Assembly (NCBI GenBank): GCA_028534125.1
Contig: CM052817.1
Span: forward strand, 52,330,001-52,394,000
From: Lama glama
Taxonomy: Eukaryota
Direction: 5' to 3'
Length of the DNA stretch: 64,000 nucleotides
Below the pieces are notes generated by a model that was not told the DNA's origin, did not search any database, and worked only from the letters and a program-made list of their open reading frames with translations. A program made the position numbers and the translations under genes. This document shows positions 12,082 to 23,322 of the stretch, piece by piece. How positions within the stretch are numbered: position 1 is the stretch's first letter; each line of letters opens with the position of its first letter.

Positions 12082-12315
12082 ATGTTCAAAAGGCACAAGT
12101 CCCTTGCTTCAGAACGCAAGAGAGAATTAATTTCCTCAAGAGCTACACGGTCCATACTGAAGAATGACTTGAGAAATTTTCACTCTTTGTCGCAACTTAT
12201 ACTCTCAGCAGGCCCTCTAAGATCAGCTGCAGCAGTTAAACATGTAAAAACTACTCACTTTGAGATTGAAATTCTCGATGCTCACACCAGAAAGCAGATA
12301 TGTATTGTGGATAAG
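12082..12315 (+). CDS. TECRL: TECRL coding exon 1 (codons 1-78): basic N-terminal extension plus start of the ubiquitin-like domain
   Basis: ATG at 12082 (acaATGt). Translation [14 protein letters not shown]...[20 protein letters not shown] matches my recall of the mammalian TECRL N-terminus. 234 nt, ending in the canonical donor AAG|gtgagt at 12315/12316 (phase 0). Confidence 0.97.
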
Positions 12316-14454
12316 GTGAGTTTTATTTATTTATTTAAACTTCTCTTTTCTGCCCCAAAGATTATTGATCACTTGATTAAATGCTAACAAGTCTATATCA
12401 AAATATATTCCTGGTTTGTAATGTTAATTTTATGATGAGTAAGATGGATACGTTATAATATACTTTAAAGTATATTTTATATACTTTGTTTCAGTAGAAA
12501 ATATACACTGCATCTTTCATATTCAGTTTAAATGGTAGCTAATAATTAGTAGGTTCTAGGTTTCTTCCTAACATTGACCATTGTCAGGAGGTAAAATTTT
12601 CAGTGCTCACCTTCTCAGCTTACATGACAAAATGTCTAGGTTTTTCTCTTCATGCACTTTCTTAAATATACAAATTTTCATAGGGTTTTAACAGTGTTTG
12701 TAGAAAACAGCAAGCAAAAAGCACCAAAGTTATTAAAAATAATATTTAGCATATGTGATAAAATCTAGTCATTTGAAAATAATTTAGAATTGATTTGTTT
12801 TGAAATATGAATATTTCACTTTTTATGAAAAGATTACATATTTCAAAACCACAGTGTTTAAGTTTCTGTAAAGAATATCTCACTTAATATGTTCTATCTC
12901 TAAATTCATATTACAGATGTTTCACTAAGGAAACAAGAACTTATATCCTAGGTTAAAAAATCAACACAAAAATATGCATGTATATTGTAGATATACATGT
13001 GTATGTACAATATTACAAACGTTTTCAGTTTTTCAAAAGTTTGAAAAAACACAAGTAGTTTAATTCACTATGAGGAAGATTGACACTTTTAATAAAAGTA
13101 TATATTTATTTTGCTTTACAGGCATGTTGAATAAGTTTTTTGCCATTGTCCTAAAAATAAAATTCAATCACTGATTCCATTTATCTATGTTCTAGCTGTG
13201 TTTATAGATAAGAGGGAAAGAGAAGAAATTATTTACTTGCTTTTAATTGCCAACAAGATACTATGTGATTTCTTATTTAGTAATTATAACATTAGTTGGG
13301 CAATATCAACTTTTATTTACAGGTGGAAATGAAAGGTAAAGAACTTTTACAAGTTCATGCAGGTCATAAGCGGGATGTATGAGACTCAAAACCATTTCTT
13401 CACAACTCTAAATCATATTCTTTTTCTATAGTACCACTGGAGCCATATATAAATGATGAATATATATTATGTACAATAGAATTTCAACTTACAAATTTTA
13501 TGCATGTTACAATTTAATTATCTCAGTTAAATTTTTGGATTTTTTTATATCACACAGGATAAGACAAATCTAAAAAATAAAATTGTCATCCAGAACTTGC
13601 TGATGTTGCAATGTCTCATTTCTGAAAATTTAAAACATATAAGGAAAATAGAATGAAATCAAGGGGAATAAAACAATAAATGGAATGGATATTAAATAGA
13701 TAAATGATTTCCAAAGACCAAGATTCTAAAATGTGACTGGACATTGTCTTTTTTGGTATGTGTCTAAATTTTGACACAAAATCCACCTTGAAGTAATGAG
13801 AAACTGATGGGATTCTAATTATATTCCCTGTACATTTAAGTTTTCTGTTATTGAAATTTTATTTGAAACTAAGACATGGAGACTTACATTTTTAGATATT
13901 AATTAAATTGCAAAAATAATTAAGCTTGCAGAAAGCCAGCATTCTTTAGAGATAAGGATTTTGTTTCGAATCTTATATTTGAACAGTAAGAGTCCTGGTA
14001 ATTGCATCTCCAGTGGCAAACCTTTAGAGAAATCAGTAGGCTAGATAAAGGATTAATTTTGGATTCCTCATCAGCTTTTATTGCACAATCAACACCATCG
14101 ATGTGCAGCTTACTGCACTCAAATCTTAAACTTGTCAGTAGAACTGGATTTTATTTTGTCTTGTTTTAGTTTTATAATTTGGTAAATTGTTTCATAATGA
14201 TGGCAAGACATTTAAAAGAAAAAAATTAAATTAGTTTACACTTTTTTGCATCATGATTATTAACAGTTTAAATTTGTAAACGTGAGAAAAATGATTCTGT
14301 TTGTTGTAACAAATATATTATTTTTTCTTAGACAAATTAACAGCTTTATGAAGAGTAAAGTCATGTTAGTTGCCTTTCATTGTACTTAGCTCTACTCAGT
14401 ATACAAAAGAAGTGTTTCTCATAAGTTAGTCCCTGTCTTTCAGTAAGTATAGTG

Positions 14455-14700
14455 TTAAAAAGCAGTAAAGGTTAAAGGTCATATGCTTTGGAACTAAGCA
14501 TATCTGGACTGAATCCCTGCCCCATCAGTCATGTCTATCAAGGCTCAGGAAAGTCACTGAATTGCTGATCACCAGGACTCTTATTTAGAACAGATTAATA
14601 AAATCTATTTTGTAAGCCTATAGTGAAGAGTAGCCATGAGATATGTAACATATTTAGGATAGTGCCTTGAACATAATAGTGCAAAAATATTTTTGTAAGT
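14455..14700 (+). mobile_element. MIR SINE
   Basis: ggttaaaggtcatatgctttggaactaagcatatctggactgaatccctgcccc...catatttaggatagtgccttgaacataatagtgc. Confidence 0.6.
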
Positions 14701-15052
14701 TTTCATAACAATTTGGAGAGAGAAATTTAATGTGAATACAAACCCATGAAAAAAATAAGTGATGAACCTTGTTACACTGGGAGAGACTGTACATTGTCAA
14801 GACTTCTTGACAATTACTCATTGACATGATTTGTTACAATGCTTATGTTACATATGAATTTTCAAATAAGTAGGATGTATGTATCTTAGTAATATATGCT
14901 GATCTCTAGTAGAACTTTTGTTTGCATCACAGTATTATGACTTTAATTTCAGAATAGACAAAGTATGTACTTGAGATATCCTAAAACAAAAACATTGAGA
15001 GAATTTCTGGGTTTAAAGAAAATATACTGAACCATGTTCTTTATTTACTTAC

Positions 15053-15102
15053 ACACACATGCACATGCACATGCACACGCACACACCAACCAAAAAAAAA
15101 AA
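15053..15102. repeat. (CA)/(CACATG) simple repeat followed by an A-run
   Basis: acacacatgcacatgcacatgcacacgcacacacc...aaaaaaaaaa. Confidence 0.85.
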
Positions 15103-15104
15103 GT

Positions 15105-16372
15105 CTTCTATTCCCTTCATTATCTTTTACAGCTTCTATCCCACTTCTCTCATTCCTTTCATCATGTTCATGTTGTCATGCCACATTTTCCTTTTCTCAT
15201 TCTATTCTAAATCCACTGCATTCAGGCATTTGCCTCCATCACTTCCCACTATATGAACGTGCTGCAGTCACCAGTGACACAGTGACAAATACCTTGCTAA
15301 TTCCAAAGGTCAACTGTCACGCTTTGCTCCCTCAGTAAATCAGCAATATTTCCCACTGTTAAGCACATCTTCTTCCTTAAAACACTTTTGCTATTTGAGT
15401 TCCAGGATAATACATACTTTTTTAAAAGAAAACTCATTTCATTGGTTTCTTCCTTTTCTCTTGCTGCTTCTTTATTATCTGACTATGTGTGGACTGTCAC
15501 CAATCAGTCCTTGGAACTTCTCTCCTTCTGTGGTCATTTACCTTATGGAATCTTATAGCTTTAAGTATCATCTGCCTATTGACGACTCATAAATATATAA
15601 CTGCAGCTTATCTTTTTCCCTTGAACTGCAAATGTATTTATGTATCTATGTATATATCTATCTGCATATTTACCTATGTATCTCTTTATATATCTATGTA
15701 TCAATCCATCTATCTATCCATTTGTTTGGTTGTTTAGGCATCTCAAGCTTAGTATGTCTAAAACTGAGCCCTTGGTCTTCCTTGAAAAATTTTCCACAGA
15801 GTTTTCCAAGTCAATAAGTAGCAACTATATCCTTCAAATAGCTCAAGTCAAACACTTACAGGCATTATGACTCATCTCCTAATCTCACACCCCACATACA
15901 ATCCATCTTCAAGGTGATAACCTTCAAATACATCCAGAGTGACAAATTTTCACCATCTCTACTGCCAGCACTCTTAAATCTAGCCTCTGCTCTGTCCTTA
16001 GCACATTCAATATATTTTCTACCTAGCAACCAGAACTAGCCTATTAAATTATGTCAGATAATATCATTTCCTACTCAAAACTGGTCAGTGTCTTTTTTTA
16101 GGTCTTTACTCACCTGCCACTTTTTCCTTGGAGCCTTTCCTGACTACCTATTTAAAAATGCAAAATCTGCCAATATTCTAAATCCTCCCTGTTCTATTTC
16201 TTTACTAGTACTTATTACTATCTAACATACTGTTTATTTTCCTTTTTTAGTTAATTATTTTCTAGCTTCACAAAATCAGGGATTTGTTTTGTTTTCACTC
16301 CTGTATTTACATTTAAAACAGTGGTTGCTACAAAGAAAGTGTTTAACCAATATTTACTCAGTGAATTAATGC
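15105..16372 (+). mobile_element. L2 LINE 3' portion with an internal (TATC)-like low-complexity tract at ~15630-15720
   Basis: Ordered L2 blocks: gtcaccagtgac, ttccaaaggtcaa, aggcatctcaagcttagtatgtctaaaactgagc, ccctgactaccta, ending caatatttactcagtgaattaatg. Confidence 0.8.
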
Positions 16373-17689
16373 CTGTTTAAGAGATATGTGGATCTGACAG
16401 TGAACTCATGCTTAGCAGTGACAGTTTTGGGGTAGAAGAGTATATTTGAAAATACTTTTTACTATTTTTCTGAATCTAATTATCAACCAAATAAATGTAG
16501 ATATATTCACAGAAAAAGATATTTAATTAAATAATTCCACTGAATGCCAAAATTCTTCCTGACTTGCTCCCAACAAAGTTGTACAGAATTTAACTTTGTA
16601 TTAGTGTATAATTTACTAACAAATAGTCATGTTCTGATAAGCTAACAAACTTTTCATAAAGAAGGTAATGCAGATGGGAATGTTAATTTGACTAATTTAA
16701 GTATTTTCCACGAATAATTAAAATAATATGACTAATCAAGGATGATAAAACAGAGAGCAGATTAAAAATATTGTTAAATACCATAGTAAATATTTTTGGA
16801 ACACCAAAAATATATGTGAAAAATACATTTTAAAAATTTAACTGGGTAATTTAAGTTGCTAACTATTCTTGCTTCACTCCTATTGTAAAATGTCAGAGCT
16901 TATCTAGTGACAAGTGGATGATTCAAGAGCAAGGAAAGAACTCTAAAACACTACTGTTGATAAACATTTCCAATATCATTGCTTTCTTTTTTCGGTAATC
17001 TTTTTTCCAAGAAACTTGACCTCAAGACCCCTCTTTCTCCTATAGTTTTATTTGCTCTATATCAAAATTCTTAACTTCTTTTACAATACTTCCTACAAAT
17101 AAAATAAAGTGCTCAATAATTCTCCAATCCTTCTAATGGTGAAAATAATAATTTTCACCAGAAAATAGTAGAGAAAATTATAGGGTAGCAAGACTTCATA
17201 AAAATTGCACTTTTAATACTTCAGTTAGAAAATTTGGTAATTCTTAATGTCTGAATTTAACATTTTAATATTTTTCATTGGGCATACAACTTAGCATATT
17301 TATACCTTAATATGCTCATCTGTAAAAGGAGAATGATATCTGCCTTAAAATGGCCTAATGACAGTTTTCAGAATTTCATGTATATGCACATGACAGTATC
17401 TTTCTTCCATTCCTCTTCTCCTTATCTTCTGCTTTTCTCTTCCTCTTTTCCTTCTCTCTCTTTTTTTTTTTTAACTCTCCTTCCATTCTGGTTCCCTTTT
17501 TGCTCCTCTCTTCTATCCCCTTATGCTTATTTTTTTTTTAAGATGTTGCATGATGCAACAAAGTTTATGACTTCTGGTATCACTTAGACTAGAATTTTAA
17601 TATAAATTTGGACTGCTTTTTCTTTTTCCTTAGACCTGGTCCAATATCTCTGCTCATTATTGTCCTTTTCTTTAAAAGGATTTATATAT

Positions 17690-17830
17690 TATTATTCTTC
17701 ACTTATGTAAAAAAGAAAAGGTGGCACAGACAGCTGAAAAGAAGAACTTAGCGTGTGTTAGAACTAAGGTTTGAACCTGGCCAACACACGTTCTGTGCCT
17801 TGCTCTTAACTATTATACACTATTATGTAA
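17690..17830 (-). mobile_element. MIR fragment, antisense
   Basis: ggtggcacagacagctgaa...agaactaaggtttgaacctgg...tgctcttaactattatac. Confidence 0.55.
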
Positions 17831-17985
17831 AAGATATTAATGACTTTCATTAGCCAAAATTCTCATGTTCTATTTAATTTCATGATTGGGACATCTGATT
17901 TGCACTACAATGTGTTTCTGGGCAGATGTGCTATTTTAGAAAGATATCCACTTGTCATTCCATTTAAGACAAAGATAGGCTCTTG

Positions 17986-18040
17986 AGCATTATATATATT
18001 ATAGCATTATATATATTATAATATAATATATATAATAGCA
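17986..18040. repeat. 17-bp tandem duplication plus AT-rich tract
   Basis: agcattatatatattat at 17986-18002 and 18003-18019. Confidence 0.85.
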
Positions 18041-18369
18041 CTAGTTAACATTCAAACCTAGAAATTTAAAATATTTTAAATTCCCTTTAATAACGAATTA
18101 AACAAAATATGCTTAAAATATTTATATCATTAAAAAATTAAGAAATTGAGTTGGATGGTTCCTCTCCAAAGAGGTAATTAACATAATCATTTTCTATGAA
18201 CCCAGAGCATCCCCAAAGCTCACCCCTCTTTTTCATATACTTCGGAATTCTATAATACAGCATGCAGTTCTAATTTCAAAAGAATCAGTGTACTTTAACA
18301 TTATCTGCCCTGACTTACATTTCTCTCAGAAAAGATATATAGTGTCCAAACACTCAATGTGATGAGGGA

Positions 18370-18590
18370 CAATGTGGTGCAATGGTTTATGCTCTGAAGT
18401 CAGACTTATTTGTTTCTGCACTTGAGCTTTGCAAATAGTTAATGTTTTATTACCTTTACATGTTACTTAACTCTCTGATCCTTGGTTTTCCATTAGGGTA
18501 AATATCTGTCTTCCAGGATATCTAAGAATTTTACATATGTATGCAAAATGTAGCACCATGTCAGTCACATAGTTATTTTTCTGTAAATAA
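18370..18590 (+). mobile_element. MIR SINE
   Basis: gctctgaagtcagac...tgttacttaactctctgatccttggttttcccatt. Confidence 0.6.
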
Positions 18591-19399
18591 ACATCATAGT
18601 TTAGGTAGTAGCAATATATTTAAAATACTTTTCACCCACTGAAGAGGGAAAATATCTGAATTGATACTTTTCTAGTATGACTGTAAAATGTAGGCATTTT
18701 AAAATGATAGTTATTACTATCCCTTTCTGAAATGATTAGGAAGTATTAGAATTAGAAAGCACAGTCACAGGGACCATCTTTGTAGCACTGGTTTCTAGAG
18801 TTCTATATCCAACTCTCATACTCTAAATAATATGCACTGGTTACTAATACCATGATATACCATAAAAGATGCCAATGGATGTAAAAGCATTGCATATCAA
18901 TGTAATAGTAGAGAAAAAATAAATATACTCCAGAAAATTATTTATAAATAATGTTTAACAAATATAGACTATTATACATAATCAATTGTCTACATTTTTC
19001 TATTTTCCAAATATATCACATCTAAGAAAACTATTTTTATCTACAGTTGAGTTAATAAGACGCCATTTTTATCTCCTAATATATAATATGCAATGATAAT
19101 CCATTTAGAACGGCAAAAAAGATGAATAACTTTTAGAGGATGCCTCTAAAAAGAAGAGTTGAAATTATCAGATTCAGTAGTTCTCCAACTCTCTATTTTG
19201 TCGTTATAGTGTTGTAAGTATTAATTCAAAAGATATTTGTTAAGATGTATATCTAGTGTTCTAGAGAGAATGCATTAACGCAAAAGATAAAATTCCTATT
19301 TTTTTGTAGATTTTATTCTCTCCTGTGAAAGACAAACACTGTAGAAGTAATTTTAGGTGCAAAGATATCTGCAACATAAGAGGGAGCACAAAGTGATTT

Positions 19400-20270
19400 A
19401 TGGTGGTAAACACAGGGTGATGAGTTAATCTGTGGAACAGGAAAATCTCCCTAGAGACATGGTATTTATGTGTGGTCCAGACAGTGAATAAGATAAACAG
19501 AAATAGGAAGATATAACAGATACTTAGGAGGTATAAACAACAGGACATGTTGTTTGGTTGTCAAGAATGAGGAACATGGGAGATGTGAGTATGATATTAA
19601 ATTGCTGTTTGAGAATTGCAGATCCTGAGGATGGCATAATTAACTGAATCTTTTTTGTGGATTTTTATGTTTGTTTGTTGCATGTTTGCTTTCTATTGTT
19701 GTTGTTATTCAACAAGTAGAGAGGTGAGGAGGAAACCAAAACTCAGTTTTGTTCATTTTAAGTTGGAGATCTTTGTGAGATACTCCGTAGGCATCTGGGT
19801 GAGAAGATCTAGAACGCAGGAGGGTGGTCATGATGAAACATGTTGTCTTGGGAGTTAGAAACATAGAGGAGATCCTTGCAGCCACTGGAGTAGAGAAGAT
19901 AAAATTAAGAAAGAACAGTGTGATGGCTGAGAAAGGAACCAACTACAGAAACCTGAGGAATTCTAAAATGTAAAGGTTTTAAATAAAGGGGAGCTGAAAA
20001 AGGAAAATAAAGAGGAGGAATCAGAGAGATAGAAGAAATATGGTGAATATTCCATCACAAAACCTAATAAAGAATATTTTAGTGACAAGAGATCAGTAGA
20101 GTCAAATGCAGCTAAGAAGCATAGAGAAACACTGTAAGTATCCCTTGCATTAAATGCTGAGGCAGTCATTGTTGAATTTAATTAGACTATTTAAGGTACA
20201 GTGATTTGAAGAGAAATCGAATCTGAAATGGGGGAGACAAGCAATGGGAAATGAGAAATGTGAGTTTTCT
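19400..20270 (-). mobile_element. L2 fragment, antisense
   Basis: Purine-rich; ctcagttttgttcattttaagttggagatctttgtgagata, gtcaaatgcagctaagaagc. Confidence 0.6.
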
Positions 20271-22576
20271 GGAAGGCTCTTTTGTACGTAGCAGTAGTCT
20301 TGAAAAATATATTTTCCCCAAACACTTCATTCTTCAACTCTACTGACTCTTATGTAGTCTGATTCACATATTTGGGATTATCTTCCACCTTTTTCTCTAT
20401 TACTCAATGTTTCAACATTCTACACTACTCACCAGTCCCAAAACAATTTTGTAATTTCTGTTCTTTTAGTTTTGATCAAATTTGATTCCTCTGCCTAGAC
20501 TGTTCTGTCACAGTCTTATGTCTAATTAACAATCATTCTTCATGGTCCAGCTGAGATGGCAACCCCTTCGTGTGCCGCTATGATCTCCCATAAGCAGATG
20601 TGTTCCTTGTCCCAGTAATAATTAGTTGAAATCTCCATTATGTACATTATACAACCTAGTAGTTGGGAATGAACATTTGTAAGCTATCATAACAATTTTA
20701 AAGAGTAACTCTGTTCCTGTTCAATCAAATAATCTTTTCTTAAATGAGGACTGTATTTGGTCAGTATTTCATTTATTTCTAGCAATTTATTTTCCTTGTA
20801 TTTGACAGATGTATTAGTCCACAACAAAGCAGAATTTTTTTCAAAAATGATACCTTATCCTACATAGTTTGGGAGGCACTAAACTGATGACATGAAAATG
20901 ACCTTTTCAACATTGCCATGATTCAAACAGATCAAATGACCTAAATGCTATTGTACAATAAATATATCTTGGATGCAAAATTGGAACATGCCATATCCAG
21001 GCTCCTCTTGGATTTCATTCTAAAGATTATACTTTCTTGAAAGGTAATAAAATAATAACTCTCAAAGGTTTGTGTTTTAAATATAGAAAAAAACCTTAAA
21101 ACTAAAATAACACATTTTTAGATGAATGAATGTGAATAAATCATGTTTTCCTAGGAAATTTAAAGATGAGATGAAAAAAGAAAAGCTAACCATTACAGGA
21201 AGAAAATTAAGAGGGCTACACTGTGCAATTAAGAGAGCCTGTTTCCTGTTAAGTCAAGACTGTCAGGCGAGCATGATAACCACTATACTACGGAAACCCA
21301 CGAGTCAAGACTGAATGAAGAAAATTAATAGTTCTGATCACACGCTAAAAAACATAAGATTTAGACAACATTTTCTGTGTAAAGAATGTTGCTGTGAAGT
21401 GGTGACTATATCCCAGAGAGACAATGTAGAGGCGAGAGGGTTATGTTTACTTTGTTATTCAGATTAGTTGCTTTATGAGCGGTTACTATACGTTAGGTTA
21501 TATGGGGTTGAAAATTAAACACATTTCCTTACCCTGATATGCATGAGTCAAATCAGAAAGAGAGATTACACATTTTAAAACAAATTATAATATGGCAAGA
21601 AGCATAGGAGAGTTTAAAACAAATTATACAAAGGATGCTGGGGAAAACATCTGATAGTGGTTTAAGCATGAGGATGAGAAATAAAGATGAATGCAGTGGA
21701 AAGAAAGATTCAGAAGGATCTTTAAAAATATGTAGTACAATTCACTAGCATGGGCAGGGTAGAAGGAGCAACCTCTTGGAACAATAATTAGCATTACAAA
21801 AGTAAAGAAGTAGAAAAGTAACAAGCAAGGTTTCTGGACTGATGTCAGTCAGTCCATGGTGTGATGCTGCAGAATGGAGCGAACTGAAAATAGATGGTAT
21901 GGGTGGGAGTAGGGTAGGGGGCCTGCGTGCCTTGCAAAACCATCTGGACTTTTTCTTTTCTTTCAAGTCAGAGGGATAATGTTTTCAGATTTGCCATTCA
22001 GAAAATTAAATCTGGCAACCATGTGGAAGATAGAATGATAGTAGAAAGACTGAAGACAGAGAGTTCAGTAAAACTGAGAAGCAAATCTTTTGTGAGTCTG
22101 TTCAGGACCGACACATTTGCAGGCAACGTGACATCATGAGATCTTTGGAGACTTTGGGGATACTTAGCCGCCTCTCGCTTAACCAGCTTTTGACACTGGG
22201 CACTGGCCTCGTTTTCTTTTCCCGTACATTTTACTGACCTAAGTTATCTCACTGGAGGCACCTGAACAAATACCACCTTTCATGAGGAATTTCCTTAAGG
22301 AAACGGCTATAGCTGAGAGCTGTGAATATAGTAGGACACAGCTAACAAAATTTACAAATTTAACAATACCATGAGAATTCTCACATCAATTAAATGTACT
22401 AAAGAACTGTAAAATGAAGGAAAGTTTAGTAAAATGTTCACAGTGAAATAAATGCATTGAAGTTAAATTATTTTTTCTCATATGTGTGTTTATAATCCAT
22501 GTTTGAGAAGTATAAAATAATTCAAATTAAATGTAAATCATAGAGCATGTTTTTAGGACACACTTAAACCTTTAAG

Positions 22577-22623
22577 TGTGTATATATATATATATACACA
22601 CACACATACACACATACATATAT
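22577..22623. repeat. Compound (TG)(TA)(CA) microsatellite
   Basis: tgtgtatatatatatatatacacacacacatacacacatacatatat. Confidence 0.9.
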
Positions 22624-22898
22624 TTCTAATTTAATCTTTACTGAAAATCATATGTATAACAAAACAGAATAATTATGCAATAAATATATAGTATTTTCTA
22701 GCAAATGTAGTTACAACCCACATAGGTTAGACAAATGTTTGTATCCAGGTTCAATAGAATAGAATGTGGTATTACAGGTTAAAGGAATATTCCATTACCA
22801 TTTTATTTCAGTTAAATTCAGTTTTACTGGGATTTTTGTGATGAATTACGGCAATCTCTCTAAATGTAAACCTGTTATGAATTTGTCAAATCAACACT

Positions 22899-23322
22899 TG
22901 TTAAGTGGGGCACATGGTGCCAGATGGTAAGCTGAGATTCAACAACAGACCAGGAGAGAAAATGAAATAGAGTTTATTACTCACAGTCCTGGAGGAAGAA
23001 TCAAGCAGGCCTCAGGGGACTACACTGAAGAACACAGACAGAGAGACAGGACCTGGGCACATGCCTTCATTAGGGTCCATAAATGGAGTGCTTTCGGGTT
23101 TCTCAGCTAAGGCCAGATTGGTCAATTCAAACCAAAAGACTGGGGTTTGGGTAAACCCCAAGAGGGTTTTATCTAAGGAGCACAGAAGGAGGAGGCCTTG
23201 GCATGCATGGGGGCTTCGGCTTGCCTGAGGGGCAAGTCAGTTTAAGCTCCCTGCAGGTTCCTTGGTCAAACAATGTGAAAGTCAGGCAGCAATGCTAGGG
23301 AGTAATTTAGCTAAACTCAGCA
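22899..23322 (-). mobile_element. Solo LTR (~420 bp, ERVL-like)
   Basis: GC-elevated block bounded by TG...CA; gtttattactcacag (minus-strand AATAAA); gccttcattagggtcc and gattggtcaattcaaacc are typical of ERVL-type LTRs read antisense. TSD not convincing. Confidence 0.65.

Noticed and set aside
12316..12387. C-terminal 23 aa of the 101-aa ORF 12082..12387
   Set aside because: Read-through into intron 1 past a canonical AAG|gtgagt donor; TECRL similarity continues in exon 2 instead.
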